Of a stretch of 62,359 nt of DNA, positions 55,814-62,359 are shown piece after piece. Under the pieces are notes generated by a model, which saw only the letters and a program-made list of their open reading frames with translations, was not told where the DNA came from and made no database searches. This DNA is from Gammaproteobacteria bacterium (GTDB lineage Bacteria > Pseudomonadota > Gammaproteobacteria > Pseudomonadales > JAHEGP01), in assembly GCA_030618705.1 (NCBI GenBank), contig JAUXCW010000001.1:1-62359 (forward strand), read 5' to 3'. Positions within the stretch are counted from its first letter, which is position 1, and every line of letters starts with the position of its first letter. The translations under genes were made by a program, and so were the position numbers.

Positions 55814-56875
55814 ATGAGCACAGCGCCACTCCAGATCCTCGCAGGCAGCAACGCCCGCGCCAGAATCGAGACCGAGGGATTTCACCCCGGGCTGTTCCAT
55901 ACCCTGCTCGGTGCATCCGGCGGGCCCAAGTGGTTCGTACTATCGCGATTGGACCGGGTGCTGGCAACGGAATTCTTTGCCGGGCCTCGTTCACCTATCG
56001 CCTGCCTCGGATCATCCATAGGCAGTTGGCGGCACGCGTGCTACGCACAGACCGATCCCGCAGCAGCGCTGGCCCGGCTCGAGCATTGCTATATCCACCA
56101 GCAATACAGCGACAAGCCGGATCGCCATGAGATCAGTCGAGTTGCCCGCGGCTGCGTCGAGCACATACTCGGTGAGCACGGTGCGCAGCAAATTATCGAC
56201 AACCCGAACTGGCACACTCACATACTGTCGGTACGCAGCCGCTGGCCCGTCGCTCACGACGCCACGGTGCCACTTGCCCTCGGCCTGGGGGCGTGCGCCC
56301 TCGGCAATGCCGTTTCCCGCCGCCTACTGGACGGTTTTTTCCAGCGCGCACTGTTTTACAGCGGCGATCGGTCTGCCGTCGATTTTCCCGACACGGCGGC
56401 CGAACTAACCCGGCTCAGCACAGCTAATATGCACCAGGCAATCCTCTCCAGCGGCAGTATTCCATTGATTATGGAGGGCGTGCGGGACATACCCGGAGCC
56501 CCGCCCGGAGCCTATCGCGACGGCGGCATCACCGACTATCACTTTGACTTGCGCTTTCAGCGGCCGCAGGGGCTCATACTCTATCCACATTTTTATCGCC
56601 ATATCACCCCGGGCTGGTATGACAAACCCCTGCGCTGGCGACGCATCACCGGCGCGGCGCTCAGCGACGTCGTCATCCTCTCACCGACGGATGAATTTGT
56701 GGCGTCCCTGCCCTACGGAAAAATCCCTGACCGCAATGATTTCCAACAGCTGACCGAACAGCAGCGAATCACCTGCTGGACCCGCGTCTGTGAGTTGAGC
56801 GAGCGCATCGCGGAGACCTTTGCCGAGGCCTGGCAAAAGGGCTCACTGGCGCAATTAGTCCAGCCTCTGCCATAA
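55814..56875 (+). CDS. patatin-like phospholipase family protein
   Basis: Oxyanion-like GASGGPKW, nucleophile elbow GSSIGS (GxSxG), catalytic Asp context YRDGGITDY (DGG). Confidence 0.7.
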   Translation: MSTAPLQILAGSNARARIETEGFHPGLFHTLLGASGGPKWFVLSRLDRVLATEFFAGPRSPIACLGSSIGSWRHACYAQTDPAAALARLEHCYIHQQYSDKPDRHEISRVARGCVEHILGEHGAQQIIDNPNWHTHILSVRSRWPVAHDATVPLALGLGACALGNAVSRRLLDGFFQRALFYSGDRSAVDFPDTAAELTRLSTANMHQAILSSGSIPLIMEGVRDIPGAPPGAYRDGGITDYHFDLRFQRPQGLILYPHFYRHITPGWYDKPLRWRRITGAALSDVVILSPTDEFVASLPYGKIPDRNDFQQLTEQQRITCWTRVCELSERIAETFAEAWQKGSLAQLVQPLP

Positions 56876-56952
56876 TTAGTGTCCATCCAGAAACAAACGT
56901 TCCGAAACGTCGGACCGCTGGAGAGGGCACTTATCCCTGCGCAGGCTGGGAC
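56876..56952. repeat. second copy of the REP-like module (see 36567..36668)
   Basis: TCCAGAAAC (56886-56894)...GAGGGC-N4-ATCCCTGC/GCAG/GCTGGGAC (56933-56952, imperfect stem). Starts right after the stop codon, as at ccoP. Confidence 0.5.
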
Positions 56953-56999
56953 CCACACTCTGGCAATATAAAGAGACAAAGCCCCACAGGGACCACGGT

Positions 57000-57899
57000 A
57001 TGAATTGGACAGTAAAAAACCGGCAGGGTACAGCTGCATTATGGTGGCACGGGGCGGCGCTGGCGATTGCCTTCTTCGCCGCTCAAACAGCCCAGGCCGA
57101 CACCTCGCTCTGGAAAATCAGCAAGGGCGACAACATCCTCTACCTCGGTGGCACCATTCACGTCCTGCGCCAATCCGACTACCCCTTGCCGGCAGCCTAT
57201 ATGCAGGCTTTTAAACGCGCCGAACTCATCGGCTTTGAAACCGACCTGCAAAGCCTGAATACGCAGACCTTTCAACAGGCCCTGCTCGACCAGGCGCGCT
57301 ACCCCACCGGCGAGAGCCTGGCCGACCATTTGAATACAGAGGCCATGCAAGCCCTGCAGGCTTACTGTGACGAGGCAGGCCTGCCCCTGGAAGCCCTGCT
57401 GCCGTTCCGGCCCTCCTTCGCCATGCTGACCATGCTCAGCCTCGAATTGGCGCGCCTCGAAGCGGCCACCAGCGGCGTCGATAACTTCTTCCTGCAGCAA
57501 GCGCTGGCGGCCGACAAGCCGATGCTGGGGCTGGAAACCATGGAGGAGCAACTCAGCTATCTGATCAATATGGGCCAGGGGGTGGAGAGTGAATTCATCC
57601 TGCACAGTCTGGAGGATCTGGGGCAACTGGGACCCCTGCTCCAGCAAATGATCGAAAGCTGGCGCGAGGGCGATACCGAGGCGTTAAACCGGCTATTTGT
57701 CGAACCCCTTGCGCAGCAATACCCCGGTATCTACCAGTCGCTATTGGTTCAGCGCAACGGAAATTGGCTACCCAAAATTGAGCAATTACTGGATACTGAG
57801 GTCACCGAGTTAGTCCTGGTCGGCGTCGCCCATCTGGTCGGTGATGACGGGTTGATACAACAGCTGCAGGCCCGTGGCTACGAGGTCGAGCAATACTAG
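57000..57899 (+). CDS. TraB/GumN family protein (secreted/periplasmic)
   Basis: Signal peptide, then LWKISKGDNILYLGGTIHVLR and a C-terminal LVLVGVAHLVGDDGL, both typical of the family. Confidence 0.75.
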   Translation: MNWTVKNRQGTAALWWHGAALAIAFFAAQTAQADTSLWKISKGDNILYLGGTIHVLRQSDYPLPAAYMQAFKRAELIGFETDLQSLNTQTFQQALLDQARYPTGESLADHLNTEAMQALQAYCDEAGLPLEALLPFRPSFAMLTMLSLELARLEAATSGVDNFFLQQALAADKPMLGLETMEEQLSYLINMGQGVESEFILHSLEDLGQLGPLLQQMIESWREGDTEALNRLFVEPLAQQYPGIYQSLLVQRNGNWLPKIEQLLDTEVTELVLVGVAHLVGDDGLIQQLQARGYEVEQY

Positions 57900-57921
57900 A
57901 TTTATCCCATAAAGTGGGGAT

Positions 57922-58074
57922 ATGAGCATGACCGATGTACTCGTGGAACGTGAAATGGCCTATCCAGCGGAAAAAGTGCAGGCGACCGACTGCAAACAAG
58001 GCTTTAAATCCTCCTGGGGAGCCGTTAATATGATTCGGCGTGAACTAATAATACCAATCAGGAGTTCAATGTGA
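57922..58074 (+). pseudogene. possible remnant of an SRPBCC (AHSA1/START-like) gene, N-terminal about 50 codons only
   Basis: Hand translation MSMTDVLVEREMAYPAEKVQATDCKQGFKSSWG... resembles the SRPBCC N-terminus (V.R.F.AP.E.VW.A.TDP...W.) but stops after 50 aa. The stop overlaps the exbD GTG. Could equally be a chance ORF. Confidence 0.25.
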
Positions 58075-58478
58075 GTCGATACGCCCGCCCGGAAGAAGAG
58101 GCAGAAATTGACCTGACCCCCATGCTCGACGTGGTGTTTATCATGTTGATCTTCTTTATTGTCACCGCCTCCTTCCTCAAGGAGTCCGGCATTGAAATCA
58201 CCCGCCCGGACTCGACCAACGAAACCCCGCCGGAAGACAGCGAGGTCAAGAATATTGTCTTCCAGGTAACCGCCAACGATGAGATATGGACCGAGGGCAG
58301 AAGAGTCGACATCCGGGCGGTTCGCGCGGTCATCGACCGCCTCTACGCGGAAAATCCGGAGGCAGCGGTCGTCATAAGCGCCAACATAACATCTACCGCC
58401 AGGGTTTATACCAGCATCGCCAATGATGCCAGGGCCTCGGGCAACTATAGCGTCACCCTCGTTACCACTGAAGACTAA
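58071..58478 (+). CDS. exbD: ExbD/TolR-family biopolymer transport protein (orphan: no exbB or tonB adjacent)
   Basis: EIDLTPMLDVVFIMLIFFIV TM motif. GTG start with AGGAG 6 nt upstream. Confidence 0.8.
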   Translation: MSRYARPEEEAEIDLTPMLDVVFIMLIFFIVTASFLKESGIEITRPDSTNETPPEDSEVKNIVFQVTANDEIWTEGRRVDIRAVRAVIDRLYAENPEAAVVISANITSTARVYTSIANDARASGNYSVTLVTTED

Positions 58479-58674
58479 TCTCCAGCACAGCACCCGGTTC
58501 CGATTCTCGTAAAACAAGCTGCACAATCTTTTGCCAAACAAGTGCCGTCAGGCGGCATGTTCACTGGCCCAGGCAGCCTGGCTAAGTACAATTACCTAGC
58601 CCGCTTCGGCCTATCCCCATGTCGGTTTTCATCACCAGCTACTAAAGTATAGGTATCAGTTGGAGGATGAAGAA

Positions 58675-58935
58675 ATGATCAAGAATATCAGTCACGCACG
58701 CTACGAAGCCCGGGTCATGAAACTCATGCAGGAGCGTCAGGGCGAAAAGTACAACCTGATGCAGGCTTTTAACAAGCAAAGCAATTCCTTTGCTGCCCTG
58801 CGCGAGCAGGTCGTTACTCAGTACTTCAAGCAAAAGCAGTTGGGTGTGGTATTTTGTGTAGACGCCCTGGTACTGTTGGTTGATCGAGTTCTCGAAACCA
58901 TGGAACAGGACATCAACACCACCGTAGCAGCCTGA
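58675..58935 (+). CDS. hypothetical small protein
   Basis: ATG at 58675 preceded by GGAGGA. Lower-GC codons than the surroundings. No family recognised. Confidence 0.4.
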   Translation: MIKNISHARYEARVMKLMQERQGEKYNLMQAFNKQSNSFAALREQVVTQYFKQKQLGVVFCVDALVLLVDRVLETMEQDINTTVAA

Positions 58936-59007
58936 TCAGGCTGCTTGAGTTTTCCCCGCAGGGCCGGGCTTTTCTACACCTTGTAACTCCACGGTAAAAA
59001 TCTTCCT

Positions 59008-59033
59008 CCAGGATTGGCCCATGCCAATCCTGG
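59008..59033 (+). terminator. candidate intrinsic terminator hairpin
   Basis: Perfect 11-bp stem CCAGGATTGGC / GCCAATCCTGG with loop CCAT, followed by TTAGGTTTT. Lies 73 nt after the stop at 58935. Confidence 0.45.
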
Positions 59034-59125
59034 TTAGGTTTTACAAGGCCTGTTCAATGATCCACCAGCACAAGGCAGCTCTCGCTCACAATTGCACTAG
59101 TGCCTCGAAACTAGCCCGCTGATCT

Positions 59126-59158
59126 CCACCAACACCCCACCAACACCCCACCAATACA
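59126..59158. repeat. three tandem 11-bp units upstream of the TonB-dependent receptor gene
   Basis: CCACCAACACC CCACCAACACC CCACCAATACA read directly from the sequence. Confidence 0.8.
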
Positions 59159-59272
59159 CGCCACCCGGCTGCGCCTTTCGGTGCGACCCTTTGTCACATC
59201 CCACCCGGCGTTTAATTCGATAGCATACCCGCGCTTTGTCACACAGCCATCTACCCGGAAGAAGGAACACCC

Positions 59273-61333
59273 ATGTCCCAACGGCCGCCGTTGACCCCTA
59301 TCCTGGCACTCAGCCTCCTCTGTGTTCCCGCACTCGCCGACCATATCGAAGAAGAGGTGCTGGTTTTCGGCGAACAAAACCGCCTTGAAATGGAAGTCAG
59401 CAGCCTTGATGCCGCCGTACCGGATTCCGCCGCCATGTTGCGCAAACTACCTGGCGCCGATATCAACGCTAACGGGCCTATCAGCGGCATTCATCAATAC
59501 CGGGGAATGTTTGGCCCCCGCGTCAATGTCACTATCGACGGTATGCATATAGCATCGGGGGGACCCAACCTGATGGACGCTCCCCTATCCTACGCCCCCG
59601 CGGCAATGCTGGAATCACTGACCATCTATCGGGGTGTCGCACCAGTGAGTGTGGCCCAGGAAACCATCGGCGGAGCCATCATAGCCGACACCGCAAAGGG
59701 AGAATTCGGATCCAGCAGCGACTTCGGCGTCAATGGCACTATCACCGCCGGCGGACAAAGCGTCAACAACGGCTGGCAGGGTAACGCCCTGGTCGCCATC
59801 GCCAATGAAAACCATAAGGTGTACTTCAACGGACTCGCAGAGGCGGGGGATGACGCGAAATTCCCCGATGGTAAAATCCGCCCTACGGAATACCAGCGCA
59901 AACGACTGGACGGGGGCTATGGCTGGCAGAGCGGCGGCCACACGCTGGATATCTCGGCGGCACGCAATGAAACCGGCAACGCGGGCAACCCCGCACTACC
60001 CATGGATATCGACTATATCGACTCCAATCTGTATCAGGGTAACTACCGCTATAACAGCGGGCACTGGGCCATTGAGGCAAAACTTCACGGCAACGAAGTG
60101 AAGCACCTTATGACCAACCATCACCTGCGCCCACCACCACCGAATCCTATGGCCTATCGCGACAGCTACACCACAAGCGACGCCCTGGGCTACAAATTGA
60201 TGGCTGAATTCTACACCGCTAAAACGGTGTGGCGAGTGGGAACCGATGGCCAGTCAGCGGTGCATAACGCCGATATCTCCAACCCCAACAATGCCGGTTT
60301 TTTTGTCGTCAACTTCAATGACAGTGAACGCCAGATACTGGGACTGTTCGGCGAAACCGACGTCCAACTCTCCAACACCTGGGAATTGAACGCAGGCGTC
60401 CGCTATAACCAGGTCAGCATGGATTCTGCCGATGTCGGCTCCTCGATGGGAATGATGATGCCCGCGGTCGGCGCATTGGCGAAGCGCTTTAACGCCGCCG
60501 ACAGGCAGACCACCGACAACAATGTCGACTGGCTGCTACGAGCCAACTGGTCTCCCCATTCACAGTGGACCTATACCGCCGCCATCGCGCGAAAAACCCG
60601 CTCCGCGGCCTATCAGGAAAAGTTCTTGTGGTTGCCCCTGCAAGCATCCGGCGGCCTCGCCGACGGTAAAAACTATATTGGCGATATCGACCTGAAGCCG
60701 GAGGTCGCCCATGAAGTGGAACTCGGTTTTGATTGGGAGTCGGATAGCGTACTGGTATCACCACGGATTTTTTACCGCGACATCGATGACTATATCCAGG
60801 GTATTCCCAGCACCGACCCGGTCGCCAATATGGTCAGCCAGATGATGGGCAATCCGAACCCGTTACAGTTCGCCAATGTCGAAGCGCGCATCTACGGTTT
60901 TGATATGGAATGGGGTGCGGCCCTTGCCGAACAATGGTCGCTCTACGGCATCGTCAACTATATTCGCGGTGAGCGTGATGATATCGACGACGACCTGTAT
61001 CGCATCGCTCCACCCAATACCACGCTCGGCCTTCGCTACGAGGCATCCCGCTGGCAGGCAAGCCTGGAAACCGTCGCCTATGCGCGTCAAAGCCATGTTT
61101 CCGAAACCAATGACGAAACGGAAACCGGCGGCCACGCGATCGTCAACTTCGCCAGCCAGGTCACACTGGTTGACGAACTGACCCTGGCAATCGGCATCGA
61201 CAACTTGCTGGACAGGAAGTACCAGGATCACTTAAGCGGCATCAACCGGGCACGGAACGAAGACATCGCGGTGGGCGAGAAACTGCCGGGCTGGGGCCGT
61301 AATATCTATGCGCGGCTGCGCTGGGCGTTTTAA
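59273..61333 (+). CDS. TonB-dependent outer-membrane receptor
   Basis: Signal peptide, plug domain (VLVFGEQ..., YRGMFGPRVNVTIDGM), beta-barrel repeats, C-terminal YARLRWAF. Substrate not assignable by eye. Confidence 0.9.
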   Translation: MSQRPPLTPILALSLLCVPALADHIEEEVLVFGEQNRLEMEVSSLDAAVPDSAAMLRKLPGADINANGPISGIHQYRGMFGPRVNVTIDGMHIASGGPNLMDAPLSYAPAAMLESLTIYRGVAPVSVAQETIGGAIIADTAKGEFGSSSDFGVNGTITAGGQSVNNGWQGNALVAIANENHKVYFNGLAEAGDDAKFPDGKIRPTEYQRKRLDGGYGWQSGGHTLDISAARNETGNAGNPALPMDIDYIDSNLYQGNYRYNSGHWAIEAKLHGNEVKHLMTNHHLRPPPPNPMAYRDSYTTSDALGYKLMAEFYTAKTVWRVGTDGQSAVHNADISNPNNAGFFVVNFNDSERQILGLFGETDVQLSNTWELNAGVRYNQVSMDSADVGSSMGMMMPAVGALAKRFNAADRQTTDNNVDWLLRANWSPHSQWTYTAAIARKTRSAAYQEKFLWLPLQASGGLADGKNYIGDIDLKPEVAHEVELGFDWESDSVLVSPRIFYRDIDDYIQGIPSTDPVANMVSQMMGNPNPLQFANVEARIYGFDMEWGAALAEQWSLYGIVNYIRGERDDIDDDLYRIAPPNTTLGLRYEASRWQASLETVAYARQSHVSETNDETETGGHAIVNFASQVTLVDELTLAIGIDNLLDRKYQDHLSGINRARNEDIAVGEKLPGWGRNIYARLRWAF

Positions 61334-61358
61334 TATCCAGGCACAACCATAGTGCTCG

Positions 61359-62359
61359 CTAGCCGGCAAATGCCGCAATGCCGGTTTGCGCCCGACCCAG
61401 GATCAACGCGTGTACGTCGTGCGTGCCCTCATAGGTATTGACGGTCTCCAGGTTGATCATGTGCCGCATCACCGGGTAGGCGTCGGATATCCCGTTGCCG
61501 CCATGCATGTCCCGGGCCATGCGCGCAATGTCCAGCGCCTTACCGCAGGAATTGCGCTTTAACAGGGAGATCAACTCCGGCGCCAGTTTACCCTCACCCA
61601 TGAGGCGTCCGGCCTGCATGCAACCCTGCAAACCCAGGCCGATCTCCGTTTGCATATCCGCCAGCTTCTTTTGCACCAGTTGATTCGCCGCCAGCGGCCG
61701 CTGGAATTGTTGCCGCTCCATCACGTATTGCCGGGCCGCATGCCAACAGGCCTCCGCCGCGCCAAGTGCACCCCAGGCGATGCCGTAGCGCGCACTGTTG
61801 AGACATCCCATCGGCCCCTTCAGGCCCTCGACCCCGGGCAGCAGGTTCTCATGGGGCACAAAGACTTCCTCCATGACGATCTCACCGGTAACCGATGCAC
61901 GCAGGGATAACTTACCCTCGATGACCGGGGTGGCCAGGCCATCCAGGCCCCGCTCGAGAATAAAGCCACGCACGCGATCGTCGTCACACCTGGCCCACAC
62001 CACCATGATGTCGGCAATAGGCGCGTTGGTAATCCACATCTTGGCACCGCTGAGACAATAGCCACCCTCGACTGTCCTGGCCCGGGTTCGCATACCGCCG
62101 GGGTCGGAACCGGAATCCGCCTCCGTCAGGCCGAAAGAACCAATTTTTTCCCCGGTCGCCAGTACCGGCAGGTATCGTTCGCGCTGCGCCTCACTGCCGT
62201 AGGCATAGATGGGATACATGACAAGACTGGATTGCACGCTCATCATCGAGCGATAACCCGAATCCACCCGCTCGATTTCCCGCGCGACCAGGCCATAGCT
62301 GACATAGCTCACACCGGGACAGCCATAGCCCTCGATAGTGGGACCCAACAGACCGAGGG
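61359..62359 (-). CDS. gcdH: glutaryl-CoA dehydrogenase (N-terminus beyond the right edge)
   Basis: [74 protein letters not shown]. The frame stays open to the window edge. Confidence 0.85.
   Translation of the reverse strand, partial: LGLLGPTIEGYGCPGVSYVSYGLVAREIERVDSGYRSMMSVQSSLVMYPIYAYGSEAQRERYLPVLATGEKIGSFGLTEADSGSDPGGMRTRARTVEGGYCLSGAKMWITNAPIADIMVVWARCDDDRVRGFILERGLDGLATPVIEGKLSLRASVTGEIVMEEVFVPHENLLPGVEGLKGPMGCLNSARYGIAWGALGAAEACWHAARQYVMERQQFQRPLAANQLVQKKLADMQTEIGLGLQGCMQAGRLMGEGKLAPELISLLKRNSCGKALDIARMARDMHGGNGISDAYPVMRHMINLETVNTYEGTHDVHALILGRAQTGIAAFAG

Noticed and set aside
1-62359. CRISPR arrays, tRNA/rRNA genes, transposases, integrases, prophage or defence-island signatures.
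   Set aside because: None were recognisable in any ORF translation or intergenic region read by eye. The lower-GC patch at 57.9-59.3 kb has no mobility gene, so it is not called a mobile element.

Overview
GC-rich chromosomal segment with gammaproteobacterial synteny (lptG-lptF / pepA-holC-valS and ccoNOQP-ccoGHIS-hemN-fnr, as in Pseudomonas-like or marine Cellvibrionales/Alteromonadales-type genomes). All calls come from reading the ORF translations and the DNA by eye; no searches were run, so family names are motif-level recognitions. Layout: (1) 1-10.5 kb, a minus-strand surface-polysaccharide operon: type II PMI/GMP enzyme, gmd, rmd-like reductase, a two-domain GT4 polymerase-like enzyme, a methyltransferase, a TagB/TagF-like phosphotransferase and an extra YidC/Oxa1-like insertase. 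(2) bolA, then an RsbU/RsbW/RsbV-type partner-switching module with no sigma factor. (3) A membrane trio: O-antigen-ligase-like, SnoaL-like, UPF0104. (4) A thiolase plus multifunctional beta-oxidation pair. (5) An OmpR-type two-component system. (6) lptFG, pepA, holC, an acidic protein, valS. (7) A membrane-anchored cold-shock-domain protein. (8) The complete cbb3 oxidase and maturation cluster with hemN and fnr/anr, and two clear FNR/Anr boxes. (9) The most interesting locus (45.9-52.7 kb): an SDR / ArsS-type radical-SAM / GT2 / DUF2064 operon divergent from a FAD-oxidoreductase::SelD fusion and followed by selU. This suggests an uncharacterised selenium (rather than arsenic) small-molecule pathway. 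(10) A B12-radical-SAM / UPF0014 permease / DUF1653 / patatin-like group. (11) TraB/GumN, a lower-GC patch with an orphan exbD, a TonB-dependent receptor, and a partial gcdH. Two non-coding repeat families were found by eye: a roughly 210-250 nt highly structured element present twice (after the acidic gene upstream of valS, and between selD and selU), and a REP-like hairpin module present after ccoP and after the patatin-like gene. I saw no tRNA, rRNA, CRISPR array, transposase or integrase.
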